Of a stretch of 57,561 nt of DNA, positions 1-9,953 are shown piece by piece. The position numbers and the translations under genes were made by a program. Positions within the stretch are counted from its first letter, which is position 1. Every line of letters begins with the position of its first letter. A model generated the notes under the pieces. It worked only from the letters and a program-made list of their open reading frames with translations, did not search any database and was not told where the DNA came from. Origin of the DNA: a virus. Taxonomy: Duplodnaviria > Caudoviricetes. The stretch covers positions 1 to 57,561 of IMG/VR virus record IMGVR_UViG_3300036859_000285. One strand, given 5' to 3'.

Positions 1-1617
1 AAAACGCCTGAGCCGCGGAACATCCGAGGCGCTCGGTTCGATCCCGCCAGGGTCGACAAGGTCCTCGCGGCGATGCGGCGGCTACGCCACACGAAAGGCA
101 AATGGGCAGGTCAGCCGCTCATCCCCGACCCGTGGCAGGTCGCCCATATCATCGCTCCCATCTTCGGATGGGTCCGCAAGGACTCGGCCGGCGACTGGGT
201 CCGCATCATCACCTCGGCGCACGTCGACGTGTCCCGCCGGCAGGGCAAGTCAACGATCGCCGGCGGCATCGCGATCTACCTGACCGCCGCCGATGGCGAA
301 AGCGGCGCCGAGGTGTACGCGCTCGCGGCGTCGAAAGACCAGGCGCGCCGCCTGTTCGACCCGGTCAAGATGATCGCCGAGCGGTCACCGGATCTCGCCC
401 CGCACGTCAAATGCCTGTCCGACAAGATCGTGCACAAGCGGTCGCTCGGTTCGTTCTTCCAGGTCGTCAGCTCGATCGCCGACCTGATGCACGGCGCGAA
501 CGTGCACGGCGGCATCGTCGACGAGCTGCACGTCCACAAGGACCCAGCCCTGCTCGAGACCGTAGAGACCGGTACAGGCTCGCGCTCGCAGCCGCTCGTG
601 GTGACCATTACCACCACCGACAAAGGGCAGCCCGACACCATTTACGATCGGCGCCGCCGCTACGTCGAGCAGCTCGCCGAGCGGGTGTTCGTCGACGAGA
701 GTACGTACGGCGTCATCTGGGCCGCCGACGACGAGGACCAGTACGGCGAGCGGCCGTTCCTTGAGGAGACCTGGAAGAAAGCGAACCCGGGGTACGGCTG
801 CAGCCCGACCCGCGAGTACCTCGAGCGGGCCGCGAAGAAAGCGAAGAACTCGCCGGCCGACCTCAACACGTTCCTGCAGCTACACCTCGGGATCCGGGCG
901 CGGCAGGCGACCCGCTATTTTGAGCTCAGCACATGGGACGCCAACGGCGGGCTCGTCGACGAGCAGGCGCTACTCGGCCGCGAGGCGTACGGCGGGCTGG
1001 ACCTGGCCAGCACCAGCGACCTGTGCGCGTTCGTGCTGCTGTTCCCACGCGACGAGGCAGGCGGGTACGACGTCCTCTGGCGGTTCTGGATGCCCGAGGC
1101 CGCCCTCGAGGCGCTCAACAAGCGGACGGCCGGCGCCGCGTCCGTGTGGGTCCGCGAGGGGTTCCTGCGGCTCACCCCGGGCAACGTCACCGACTATGAC
1201 CACATCAAGGCGGCGATCAACACCGACCGCGAGCGGTATGACATCAAGCGGATCGGCTACGACCGCTGGAACGCCTCGCAGATCGTTAACGACCTGGTCG
1301 GCGACGGGGCGCCAATGGAACCGCTCGGCCAAGGGTTCGCCAGCATGAGCGCCCCGACGAAAGAGCTACAGCGGGTCCTGCTGCAGGGCGCCGAGGGCAA
1401 GGGCGGGTTCGCGACCGGCGGCAACCCGTGTGCCCGCTGGCAGGCCTCGAACTTCGCGGTCGCGCAGGACGCCGCCGGCAACGTCAAGCCGGCCAAGGAC
1501 AAGGCGATGGACAAGATCGACGGCATCGTTGCACAGGTCATCGCTTTAGATGGCGCGATGCGCCGCGAGGTCAAGCGAAAGAGCGCCTATGACGACCATG
1601 ACCTTGAGGTCGTCTAA
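1..1617 (+). CDS. terL: Terminase large subunit (5' truncated at window edge)
   Basis: Frame open from base 1; Walker A SRRQGKST, Walker B IVDELH, nuclease motifs GGLDLAS and KIDG. Confidence 0.97.
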   Translation, partial: KTPEPRNIRGARFDPARVDKVLAAMRRLRHTKGKWAGQPLIPDPWQVAHIIAPIFGWVRKDSAGDWVRIITSAHVDVSRRQGKSTIAGGIAIYLTAADGESGAEVYALAASKDQARRLFDPVKMIAERSPDLAPHVKCLSDKIVHKRSLGSFFQVVSSIADLMHGANVHGGIVDELHVHKDPALLETVETGTGSRSQPLVVTITTTDKGQPDTIYDRRRRYVEQLAERVFVDESTYGVIWAADDEDQYGERPFLEETWKKANPGYGCSPTREYLERAAKKAKNSPADLNTFLQLHLGIRARQATRYFELSTWDANGGLVDEQALLGREAYGGLDLASTSDLCAFVLLFPRDEAGGYDVLWRFWMPEAALEALNKRTAGAASVWVREGFLRLTPGNVTDYDHIKAAINTDRERYDIKRIGYDRWNASQIVNDLVGDGAPMEPLGQGFASMSAPTKELQRVLLQGAEGKGGFATGGNPCARWQASNFAVAQDAAGNVKPAKDKAMDKIDGIVAQVIALDGAMRREVKRKSAYDDHDLEVV

Positions 1618-1775
1618 CGGCGGTTCAGTTCCTCGATCTTGTCGTTCACCCTCTGCACGAGCAGAGTGAGGATCTCGGTCCAGGTCTTCCAGACGTTCGG
1701 CCATATCAGTTGAATGATCACGGGTGCGCAGCTCAAGCCGAACACGATTCCGAGCGCGCCTGCTATCCAGTCCAT
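1614..1775 (-). CDS. Small 53-aa membrane protein (not in ORF track)
   Basis: Hand translation MDWIAGALGIVFGLSCAPVIIQLIWPNVWKTWTEILTLLVQRVNDKIEELNRR*; hydrophobic N-terminus; stop overlaps the terL stop convergently. Confidence 0.6.
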   Translation of the reverse strand: MDWIAGALGIVFGLSCAPVIIQLIWPNVWKTWTEILTLLVQRVNDKIEELNRR

Positions 1776-1815
1776 GCGCGCACCTGCTGGTCGCGTGGCG
1801 TCTGCCGTACCCAGG

Positions 1816-2262
1816 TCATGCGCGCCCCGTTTGTGGGCCGATCATTTTCGACTCGGTCATGATCGCTTGTCCCTCAGCCTCGGACAGGAAGCCTGACGCC
1901 GGCTCGCATCCGTAGTCGCATCGCAAGGTGCTCACGGCGCCGTACAACCTGCAGATCGTGGGGCGGATCTCGTACAGGGCGCACCGGCCGTCGACCAGGG
2001 CGGGGCAGTGGTATTCGCCCGTCTCGGCGAGCTCATCCATCGCCTGATCGATCGTGGGGAGGAATACGCCGGCCGTCGCGAGCCTGAGTTCCTCGAACGG
2101 GTGCATGCGGATGATCGAGCAGGAATCGACGCATAGCCCCTTGCATCCCGGATCGGGAATGCGCGCGTAGAGGTCCTCGAAAGCCTGCTCGGTATGCCCT
2201 CTGCGGCCCAGTTCCTTGCCCGCCGCTTTCTTGGCGAGGCGCCGCTCGTTCCTATCGCTCAC
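1816..2262 (-). CDS. YkgJ-family (CxxCxxCC-like) cysteine-cluster protein
   Basis: CKGLCVDSC ... CPALVDGRCALYEIRPTICRLY; GTG start after GGAGAG. Confidence 0.8.
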   Translation of the reverse strand: MSDRNERRLAKKAAGKELGRRGHTEQAFEDLYARIPDPGCKGLCVDSCSIIRMHPFEELRLATAGVFLPTIDQAMDELAETGEYHCPALVDGRCALYEIRPTICRLYGAVSTLRCDYGCEPASGFLSEAEGQAIMTESKMIGPQTGRA

Positions 2263-2432
2263 CGCTCTCCATCCTCGCAAAAAGGGATTTTAGGGGGGGC
2301 GACGCGGGCGAAGTTTGCATGTGCGCGCCCAACCAGCCCGACGCGCTCGCCCACGTTCTTACGTGGCTGTCCTCGCCCCCTCATTCAAACCTGACCTTAG
2401 CCGCCGGCTGGTCCAGAAACAGGGGGTCTCGT

Positions 2433-2648
2433 TTGTTCGCCTGGCGCCGTCTCGTACGCCGCAGAGCCCTCGTCAGCCTGACCTCGGGTCGGGCGTTTCG
2501 AGGGATCGTCTGGGCTCGCCGCGGGCCGCTGCTGGTAATGCGCGACGTCTGGCTGCTCGAGCCGGGCGTCGAGCCCGTGCAGGTCGACGGCGAGGTTGTG
2601 ATCGAGCGATGCAAGGTCGAATTCATGCAAGTCGAGACGAGCGGGTGA
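2433..2648 (+). CDS. Small pre-portal protein, possible Sm/LSm-like beta-barrel
   Basis: TTG start after GGGGG; LVSLTSGRAFRGIVW...LLVMRDV...GEVVIERCKVEFMQV. Confidence 0.65.
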   Translation: MFAWRRLVRRRALVSLTSGRAFRGIVWARRGPLLVMRDVWLLEPGVEPVQVDGEVVIERCKVEFMQVETSG

Positions 2649-2652
2649 GCCG

Positions 2653-4587
2653 ATGACTTTCGTCGTTACCGCTGGTCAGCTCGCCGCCATAACCCAGCCC
2701 GTACGGCCCGCAGCGCTGCCCGTCTACAACACACAGATCTCGACGACGACCTACCAGAGTTATGAGCAGATCTGGCGGACCCAGCCGAATGTGCGCAAGG
2801 TCGTCGGGTTCCTCGCCCGCAACATCGCTCAGCTCGGTTTGCACGTCTTCCGCCGGCTCTCCGATGTCGACCGGGTACGGCTGACCGATCACCCGCTCGC
2901 GCAGCTCATCGGCCGGCCGTTGCCGCCCGAGTTCAAGACCACGCGGTACCGCCTGATCAACAGCCTGGTTCAGGACATCGGCATCTACGACACCGCGTAC
3001 TGGATCAAGGTCAAGGCCGGCGACGCGGTCGGCGGTCTGGTCCGTGTCCCCCCAACGATGATCGCGCCCATCGGCAACTGGTTCACCCCGGCCGCCTACC
3101 AGCTCATGGGATCGCGCGGCCGCCGCGAACTGTCGGCCGACAAGGTCGTGCACTTCTTCGGGTACAGCCCGGACAAGGCGCTCGAGGGGGTTTCCCCGAT
3201 AGAGACGCTGCGCCGGCTGCTCGCCGAGGAATACGCGGCGGACGTCGCCCGTGAGGCGATGTGGCGCAACGGAACCCGGATCTCGGGCTACATTCGGCGG
3301 CCGCTGGACGCCCCCGAATGGGGCGACCGGGCGCGCGAGCGGTTCAAGTCTGGTTGGCAAGCCCAGTACACGGGCGATGGGCCGCAGACCGGCGGTACGC
3401 CCATCCTCGAGGACGGCATGGAGTTCACGCCGGCCGCGTTCAGCGCCGAGCAGGCGCAATACCTCGAGACGCGCAAGCTCAGCAGGGAAGAGGTCGCCGC
3501 GGCGTACTTCATCCCCCCGCCGATGGTCGGCATCCTCGATCACGCGTCGTTCAGCAACATCGAAGAGCAGCACAAGATGCTCTACAGCGACACGCTCGGC
3601 CCGTGGCTCACGATGATCACAGAGGACCTCGAGCTGCAGCTGCTGCCCGACTTCCCGGACTCGGCCGGCGTCTACGTCGAGTTCAACCTTGCAGCCAAGC
3701 TCGCCGGATCCTTCGAGGAACAGGCGACGTCGCTGCAGACCGCGGTCGGCGGGCCCTGGCTGACCCGCAACGAGGCGCGCGCCCGCCAGAACCTGCCGCA
3801 GATCGACGGCGGCGACGAGCTGATTGTGCCGCTCAACGTCCTTGTCGGCGGGCAGGCCTCGCCCACCGACAGCGCCCCGCCCAAGGCCTCGTCGGCGGGC
3901 CGTCAGGCCGTCCAGGTCAAGTCGCGCGCGTCGCAGGCCCAGGTGGACAAGGCGGCCGCCAAGCTGGCGAAATTCTTCGCCCGGCAGCACCGGGCGATCG
4001 CCTCGAAGGTCGGCGCCGACAAGGCCCGCGGCAAGGCCGCCGTCGACGAGGTGTATGACGCGCAGCGCTGGGACAACGAGCTTGCCGCCGACCTGTTCCC
4101 GATCGCCGAGAGCTCGGCGACCGCGGCCGGCAAGGACACCCTCGAGCAGGCCGGCATCGACCCCGACACCTACGACAGCGACCGCACGCTGCCCTGGCTC
4201 GAGGCGCACGCCTCGGGCGTCGCGAGCGGCATCAACGGTGTGACCAAGGTCGGCGTCGCTCAGGCCCTCGGCGAAGACGACCCGCTCGGCTCGCTGAAGT
4301 CGCTGTTCGAGGTGTATGCGACCGCGCGGGCCGCGCAGATCGCGCTGACCGAGGTCACCGCGGCGTCCGGGTTCGGCACCGTCGAGGCCGCGCAGCAGTC
4401 CGGACACGACGCCCGCAAGCAGTGGATCACCGGGCCGAAGCCGCGTAAAAGCCACCAGCGGATGAACGGCCAGACCGTCGCCGTGGGCGAGAAATTCAGC
4501 AATGGGGCCCGCTGGCCTGGTGATTCGCTGCTGAGCGATGACGAGCGAGCGGGATGTAACTGCGACCTGTCGATCATTCTGGAGTAG
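2653..4587 (+). CDS. HK97-family portal protein fused to a C-terminal MuF-like minor head domain
   Basis: Portal motifs GVSPIETL, ILEDGMEF, FSNIEEQ, TRNEARARQNLP; C-terminal KQWIT...RKSHQRMNGQ...WPGD...GCNC. Confidence 0.93.
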   Translation: MTFVVTAGQLAAITQPVRPAALPVYNTQISTTTYQSYEQIWRTQPNVRKVVGFLARNIAQLGLHVFRRLSDVDRVRLTDHPLAQLIGRPLPPEFKTTRYRLINSLVQDIGIYDTAYWIKVKAGDAVGGLVRVPPTMIAPIGNWFTPAAYQLMGSRGRRELSADKVVHFFGYSPDKALEGVSPIETLRRLLAEEYAADVAREAMWRNGTRISGYIRRPLDAPEWGDRARERFKSGWQAQYTGDGPQTGGTPILEDGMEFTPAAFSAEQAQYLETRKLSREEVAAAYFIPPPMVGILDHASFSNIEEQHKMLYSDTLGPWLTMITEDLELQLLPDFPDSAGVYVEFNLAAKLAGSFEEQATSLQTAVGGPWLTRNEARARQNLPQIDGGDELIVPLNVLVGGQASPTDSAPPKASSAGRQAVQVKSRASQAQVDKAAAKLAKFFARQHRAIASKVGADKARGKAAVDEVYDAQRWDNELAADLFPIAESSATAAGKDTLEQAGIDPDTYDSDRTLPWLEAHASGVASGINGVTKVGVAQALGEDDPLGSLKSLFEVYATARAAQIALTEVTAASGFGTVEAAQQSGHDARKQWITGPKPRKSHQRMNGQTVAVGEKFSNGARWPGDSLLSDDERAGCNCDLSIILE

Positions 4588-4590
4588 TCC

Positions 4591-5451
4591 ATGCGGATCA
4601 AAACCTGCCCCGTGAAGATCAAGGCCGCGGGCACCAACGAGGGCACCGATGAGGGCGTCTTCGAGGCGCTGGTCGCCGTCTTCAACAACATCGACAGCGT
4701 CGGCGACAAGATCGTGCCCGGGGCTTTCGAGGAGACGCTGAAGGCGTGGCAGGACTCGGGCGACCCGATCCCCGTCTATTGGTCGCACCGCATGGACGAC
4801 CCCGACATGAATATCGGCGAGGTCCTCGACGCCAAGGAAACCGATCAAGGGCTGTGGGTCAAAGCGCAGCTTGACCTCGAGTCGCCGAAAGGCCAGACGA
4901 CCTACCGCCTGCTCAAAGGCCGGCGGGTCACGCAGTTCTCGTTCGCCTACGACGTCGAGGATTACGCCATCATCTCCGAGAAGGACGCGCCGACCTTCTT
5001 TGAGCTGCGCAAACTCAAGCTTCACGAGGTCGGGCCGACACCGATCGGCGCCAACCAGGAAACCGACCTGCTCGCCGTGAAAACGGCCGGCGGCCGTCTG
5101 GTGCAGGTGACCATCGCCGGCGGCACCCTCGAAGACTCCGACAGCATCCGCAAGGCGCTTGACGTGGCCCTCGCGTCCCCGGGAGATCACGCCAAGTCGG
5201 GTCGGGTGCTGTCGGGCAAGAACGAGGACGCGCTGCGCAGCGCCCTCGAGAAGATCAACGGCGGAGCGGCCGAAATCAAGACGCTGCTCGCCGCGCTCGA
5301 CGACGAGAAGGCCAAGCCGGCGGCGCCCGCCCCGTCCGAGGAGCCCGATGGGGCCAAGGACGACAGGCCAGCACAGCCCGGACCCGCCTCGCTCCGTCTG
5401 CACGCTGACCTGGCCTCGCTCGAGGCCGAGGTGTTCGAGCTCACGGGATGA
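4591..5451 (+). CDS. HK97-type prohead protease
   Basis: FNNIDSVGD.IVPGAF, WSH, FSFAY, LHEVGPTPIGAN; lies between portal and capsid. Confidence 0.93.
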   Translation: MRIKTCPVKIKAAGTNEGTDEGVFEALVAVFNNIDSVGDKIVPGAFEETLKAWQDSGDPIPVYWSHRMDDPDMNIGEVLDAKETDQGLWVKAQLDLESPKGQTTYRLLKGRRVTQFSFAYDVEDYAIISEKDAPTFFELRKLKLHEVGPTPIGANQETDLLAVKTAGGRLVQVTIAGGTLEDSDSIRKALDVALASPGDHAKSGRVLSGKNEDALRSALEKINGGAAEIKTLLAALDDEKAKPAAPAPSEEPDGAKDDRPAQPGPASLRLHADLASLEAEVFELTG

Positions 5452-5460
5452 GGACCCCAC

Positions 5461-6810
5461 ATGAAGACCATTGACCAGCTCAAGGAAGAGCTGAAGGCCA
5501 AGCTCAAGGCCGCATCGGAGATCGCCGGCAAGGCCGAGGACGAGGGCCGCGACTTCACCGACGAAGAGCGGGCCGACGTTCAGGCGAACATCGCGGCCGC
5601 CCAGGACCTCAAGTCCAAGATTGTGAAGTCGGCCGGCGATGGCGCACTGCGGCAGACGCTGGCCGACCTCGGCGACGACATCGGCATCGACGACGAGCCG
5701 AAGGTCAAGCGCAGCCCTGCTGGACTGATCGTCGCGGACGGTAAGAAGACCCTCGGCCAGCACTACACCGAGAGCGGCGAGTTCAAGCAGCTGCTCGAGA
5801 CCGTACCGGGCGGGCACTTCTCCAAAGAGCACCGTGTGCAGGCCCGCCCTGTCGGGTTCAGCCGCCTGCTCGCCCCCGGCCGCGGCGCTAAGGCGCTGGT
5901 GACGGGTGCCAGCGACACCAGCGCCGGCGCTTTCGTCGTCAACGACAACCTCGGGCTGCAGGTAGGCCTGACCGCGTTCGAGCGGCCGCTGACGCTGCGC
6001 GACCTGGTGACCAACGGCACGACCGGCAGCGACACCGTCGAGTACGTCCAGGTGACGTCGGTCACCAACAACGCGGCGCCCGTGGCCGAGGCGACCTCGT
6101 CGGCCGCACCGACCGCCCCGGGCACTGTCCCTGGCGCGCTGGTGCTCAATGCCGGCGGCGGGTACAAGCCCGAGTCGGCGATGGCGGTCGCGAAGGTCAC
6201 GACCCCTGTACGGACGCTCGCCCACTGGATCCCCGCGACCAAGCGGGCCCTGAGCGACGCCGCCCAGATCCGCACCCTGATCGACAACTTCCTGCAGTAC
6301 GGGCTCGAGGAAGAGCTCGAGGACCAGATGATCTCGGGCGACGGTACCGGCGAGAACTTCGACGGCATCGGCCACATCAGCGGCACGCAGTCGCAGGCCT
6401 GGAACACCGACCTGCTGACCACGACCCGCAAGGCCAAGACGCTGGTCCGCACGGTCGGCCGCTCGATCCCGACCGGCTACGTGCTCAACCCGTCCGACCT
6501 GGAGGCGCTGGACCTTCTGAAGGACAACGAGGGCCGCTACTACTTCGGCGGGCCCAGCGGGACGATCATGTCCGCGCCTGTCCTGTGGAACCTGCCCGTG
6601 ATCGAGTCCGAGGCCGTTCCCGCCGGCGTGGGCTACGTCGGCGACTGGCGCAAGGCGATCCTGTGGGACCGCGAGCAGGCGTCGATCACCATGACCGACA
6701 CGCACGCGGACTTCTTCATCCGCAACCTCGTCGCCATCCTCGCCGAGATGCGCGCGGCGTTCGGCGTCATCCAGCCGTCCGCGTTCGTCGAGATCGACCT
6801 GACCGCGTAA
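5461..6810 (+). CDS. Major capsid protein (HK97 fold, N-terminal delta domain)
   Basis: Coiled-coil N-terminus; ISGDGTGENFDGI, LKDNEGRYYF, FIRNLVAILAEMR. Confidence 0.95.
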   Translation: MKTIDQLKEELKAKLKAASEIAGKAEDEGRDFTDEERADVQANIAAAQDLKSKIVKSAGDGALRQTLADLGDDIGIDDEPKVKRSPAGLIVADGKKTLGQHYTESGEFKQLLETVPGGHFSKEHRVQARPVGFSRLLAPGRGAKALVTGASDTSAGAFVVNDNLGLQVGLTAFERPLTLRDLVTNGTTGSDTVEYVQVTSVTNNAAPVAEATSSAAPTAPGTVPGALVLNAGGGYKPESAMAVAKVTTPVRTLAHWIPATKRALSDAAQIRTLIDNFLQYGLEEELEDQMISGDGTGENFDGIGHISGTQSQAWNTDLLTTTRKAKTLVRTVGRSIPTGYVLNPSDLEALDLLKDNEGRYYFGGPSGTIMSAPVLWNLPVIESEAVPAGVGYVGDWRKAILWDREQASITMTDTHADFFIRNLVAILAEMRAAFGVIQPSAFVEIDLTA

Positions 6811-6822
6811 GGGAGAGCGATC

Positions 6823-7035
6823 GTGAACTACCTCAACCCAGCGGCAGGAAAAGCACGGGAGGCCAGACAGGGCGCTGCCGTGGCCGCGGTCGGCGCCCTC
6901 ACGGGTGCCGCCGCGGCCGGTTCAACCCCGACCAAGGCCGAGTTCGACGCCGTCGTCGCAGATCTTGCGACGCTGCGGACCAAGCTCAACGCTGCGCTTA
7001 CCGCGCTGCGCGACGCCGGCGTCATCGCGACCTGA
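6823..7035 (+). CDS. Head fibre/decoration-like small protein
   Basis: PTKAEFDAVVADL...KLNAALTALRDAGVI, directly after the capsid gene. Confidence 0.7.
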   Translation: MNYLNPAAGKAREARQGAAVAAVGALTGAAAAGSTPTKAEFDAVVADLATLRTKLNAALTALRDAGVIAT

Positions 7036-7139
7036 CCATGTCGGGATCTGTGCGCTGCCCGCTGTGCGGCACCCCAGGTGCCGCCTGCGGGCAGCCCAGC
7101 ACCTCAACCCCGTTCGGCCTATCCATGGAGGACAAGCAG

Positions 7140-7415
7140 GTGAGCGGACCGCTCAAAAAGTATCGAGTGAACATGCACGGGCGGGAAACGGTCATGAAGC
7201 TGAACGAGGCCGACGCGCAGCGGTACGGCGGGATCGCCATCGATGGCGATGCCTGCCCGATCCCGCCTGAGGACCCCGCGGCCGGCGACGGCGAAGGCGG
7301 CGGGACCGAGCCGGCTGAGCCACCGGCGGAGGCGCCCAAGGCCGCGCCTAAGGCCAAGGCGAAGAAGCCGGCGAACAAGGCCCGCGGTGCGTCCTCGAAG
7401 GGCACAGGCGCCTGA
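7140..7415 (+). CDS. Hypothetical head-associated protein (K/P/A-rich tail); alternative start 7038
   Basis: GGAGG RBS before GTG; stop overlaps next start. Confidence 0.65.
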   Translation: MSGPLKKYRVNMHGRETVMKLNEADAQRYGGIAIDGDACPIPPEDPAAGDGEGGGTEPAEPPAEAPKAAPKAKAKKPANKARGASSKGTGA

Positions 7416-7924
7416 TGTTGGCGACCGGGGCGGACTGGCCGGACTACGTGGGGGTAGACCCGCCCGAGAACGCTGACGCGCTGCTGCAGGCCGCCTCGGG
7501 CCTGGTCCGCCTGTCGTGCGGCTGGAACATCAGTCGCGAGACGGTTACCGAGCAGCTGCTCGACGGCTCGGGCGCGACGATCCTGTTCCTGCCGACCCTG
7601 CACCTGGTCGACGTGACCGAGGTTCTGATCGACGGCACGGCGGTCACCGATTACCGCAAGTCCGCGATGGGCGCGCTGTACCGCGCGGCCGGATGGCCTT
7701 GGGGGTTCGAGAACATCTCGGCGAGCTACGTCGACGGCCTCGATCCGGTACCGGCCGAGGTCAAGGCGCTGGTGGTCAACATGGCGGCCCGTACGGTCGG
7801 CCCGACCCCGGGCCTGATACAGAAGACGGTCGGGCAGGTGTCCTACCGCTGGGGCGACGTGTCCGGGATCCGGCTGGACCTCGCCGACGAGCGGGTGCTC
7901 TCGCGGTACAGGATCGCCGCGTGA
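7415..7924 (+). CDS. Head-to-tail adaptor
   Basis: Position; LLQAASGLVRLSCGW, GLDPVPAEVK, VLSRYRI. Confidence 0.8.
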   Translation: MLATGADWPDYVGVDPPENADALLQAASGLVRLSCGWNISRETVTEQLLDGSGATILFLPTLHLVDVTEVLIDGTAVTDYRKSAMGALYRAAGWPWGFENISASYVDGLDPVPAEVKALVVNMAARTVGPTPGLIQKTVGQVSYRWGDVSGIRLDLADERVLSRYRIAA

Positions 7925-8244
7925 TCGACCTCGGCGCCGACCAGATCACCGTGCTGCGGTCCCCGCCAGGCGATGCGTTCGGCGACCCGACAGGGGCGGC
8001 CGCCGAGACGCTCATCACGGGCTGCAGCATCCAACCCGGCAGCAGCAGCGAGGACGTGAACGGCCGCGACCAGGTCATCACCGACCTGTCGGCGTTCCTG
8101 CCCGCCGGAACCGACATCACCTCAACCGACCGCGTCCGCTGGCAGGGCGTCGACTACGCCGTGCACGGCCAGCCGCAACGCTGGGCCGACCTGGAAGGCG
8201 TCGAATCCCACGTGCATGTGACCCTTCGCAGAGTCACCGGATAG
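7921..8244 (+). CDS. Head-to-tail stopper
   Basis: GTGA overlap; GCSIQPG, DITSTDRVRWQGVDYAVHGQP. Confidence 0.8.
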   Translation: MIDLGADQITVLRSPPGDAFGDPTGAAAETLITGCSIQPGSSSEDVNGRDQVITDLSAFLPAGTDITSTDRVRWQGVDYAVHGQPQRWADLEGVESHVHVTLRRVTG

Positions 8245-8258
8245 GAAGGCGCGCGCCA

Positions 8259-8558
8259 ATGGCCGACATGACGTATGTGGCGTTCCCGAGCGGGATCCGC
8301 GACCTGATGCGATCCGAGCCGATGCGCCGCGCCATGGAACAGGCCGCTCAGCGCGGCAAGGCCTACGCCGAGTCGATCGCGCCTCGCGACAGCGGCGAGT
8401 ACGCGACCTCGTTCGTCGTGACCTCGGGGATCGGCAAGAGCAGGGCGTTCGCCGTCCTGGCCAACACCGCGCCGCACGCCGTCGTCGTCGAGCTGGTCAA
8501 CGGCGGCGGGCAGCGTGTCCTCGGCCGGACCGTCGACGTGATCGAGAAGGGCGGATGA
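8259..8558 (+). CDS. HK97 gp10-like neck protein
   Basis: APRDSGEYATSF, NTAPHAVVVE. Confidence 0.7.
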   Translation: MADMTYVAFPSGIRDLMRSEPMRRAMEQAAQRGKAYAESIAPRDSGEYATSFVVTSGIGKSRAFAVLANTAPHAVVVELVNGGGQRVLGRTVDVIEKGG

Positions 8559-8559
8559 T

Positions 8560-8934
8560 GTGGCCGACCTCTCGGTTTTCCCCGACGTGGCCGCGGCGCT
8601 GGTTGTACGGCTCGGATCCTACGGCTCGACATGGGAGAAACTGCCGGCCGACCTGGGCGCGCACCTGCCGGCCGTACGGGTGCGCCGTACGGGGGGGTCA
8701 GGCGATCGGATTACCGACGTCCAGCGGATCGACGTCGAGGTGTACGCGACGACCTACGCAAGCGCGATGAGCATCGGCCGGCAGATCGAGCAGACGCTCA
8801 TCTCAGGGCCGATCCTGTCCGCCGGCGTGGTTCTGGACCGCGTCGAGACCGAGGTCGGCCCGCACGAGGCGCCGTACCCCGACGAGCGGATGCGGCTGGT
8901 CGCCGCCACCTACCGGGCATCTGTCCGCCGCTGA
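8560..8934 (+). CDS. Tail terminator protein
   Basis: LPAVRVRRTGG...RIDVEVYA; precedes major tail gene. Confidence 0.8.
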   Translation: MADLSVFPDVAAALVVRLGSYGSTWEKLPADLGAHLPAVRVRRTGGSGDRITDVQRIDVEVYATTYASAMSIGRQIEQTLISGPILSAGVVLDRVETEVGPHEAPYPDERMRLVAATYRASVRR

Positions 8935-8947
8935 ACCCCCTGTTTCA

Positions 8948-8969
8948 AGCCCCGTCCTGCGGGGCTCTT
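8948..8969 (+). terminator. Short stem-loop, possible attenuator or processing site before major tail gene
   Basis: AGCCCCG-tcctg-CGGGGCT followed by CTT. Confidence 0.4.
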
Positions 8970-9015
8970 CGTGTAGTCCGAAGCGTCCCAGAACACTGAA
9001 AGGGCGGGCCGTCCG

Positions 9016-9663
9016 ATGGCCTCTTGGGAAAGTCTGAAGAACAAGCAAAACGAGCTCATCCGCAAGGCCTTGGAAGGGTCCGTTTTCGTCGCCCCGTCGA
9101 CGTCGGCGGCGATCACCACACTCACCGGTTCGGACAGCTCGCTGACCGCGCTGCCGGCGGGTTATGAGGATGTGGGCTGGACCAGCGACGACGGCGCCTC
9201 GTTCGGCCGCAACGTCGACACCTCGGACGTCACCTCGTGGGGATCGGTTGAGCCGACCCGCACCGACATCGTCAAGGACACCACGACCCTCAAGTTCGGG
9301 TGCCAGGAAACCAAGCTGCTCACCATCGGCCTGTACACCGGCGCGGACATGTCCGCCGTCACCGCCGACCCGACGTCGGGCGAGGTCAGCATCGAGAAGC
9401 CCGACCGGCCGCGGCAGACCTTCTACCGCGCGTTCACGGTCGGCGTCGACCTGTCGGACGCCGGTGAGATCTACGTCGCCCGATTCCTGCCCAGGGCCTC
9501 GGTCACCGACTACGACGACCAGGCGTTCAAGAGCTCGGGCGACGACCCCACCATGTGGGCGGTCACCATGACCGGTCACATGGACTCGACGCTCGGCTAC
9601 TCCGAGCGGTACCTGTTCGGCGGCGCCGGCTGGAAAGCCCTGCTGACCGACATGGGGTTCTGA
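9016..9663 (+). CDS. Major tail (tube) protein
   Basis: GYEDVGWTSDDG, TSWGSVEPTRTDI, typical of actinophage tail tube proteins. Confidence 0.9.
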   Translation: MASWESLKNKQNELIRKALEGSVFVAPSTSAAITTLTGSDSSLTALPAGYEDVGWTSDDGASFGRNVDTSDVTSWGSVEPTRTDIVKDTTTLKFGCQETKLLTIGLYTGADMSAVTADPTSGEVSIEKPDRPRQTFYRAFTVGVDLSDAGEIYVARFLPRASVTDYDDQAFKSSGDDPTMWAVTMTGHMDSTLGYSERYLFGGAGWKALLTDMGF

Positions 9664-9734
9664 CCCCGATACCGACTAACCGCGGCACCTGGAAATTTCG
9701 CGGACATTCCGCGCAACCCCAACGAGGAGGATCC

Positions 9735-9797
9735 ATGATCGCGTTTCTGCATGCTTGCCTGAATCTGGCGGTTGACCTGGCGGTCCACCTCGGCTGA
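9735..9797 (+). CDS. Possible 20-aa hydrophobic peptide
   Basis: Strong GAGGAGG RBS; MIAFLHACLNLAVDLAVHLG. Confidence 0.35.
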   Translation: MIAFLHACLNLAVDLAVHLG

Positions 9798-9953
9798 GGC
9801 CCCTACGCCGTCGCGGCGACCAGCAGTCCTCGGGCGGGCCTGGTCGTCGCGACGCACCACCGCCCGCTATTCAAGCTGGCGTGCATTCGAGCGCCCGGCT
9901 GTTAAAGCAAAGCGCCGTTTGGTTGAAATACAGCCCGACCGAGGATGGCAACC

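Noticed and set aside
2623-6705. 1360-aa reverse-strand ORF and many other long overlapping ORFs
   Set aside because: Shadow frames of high-GC3 genes (portal, protease, capsid); no recognisable motifs
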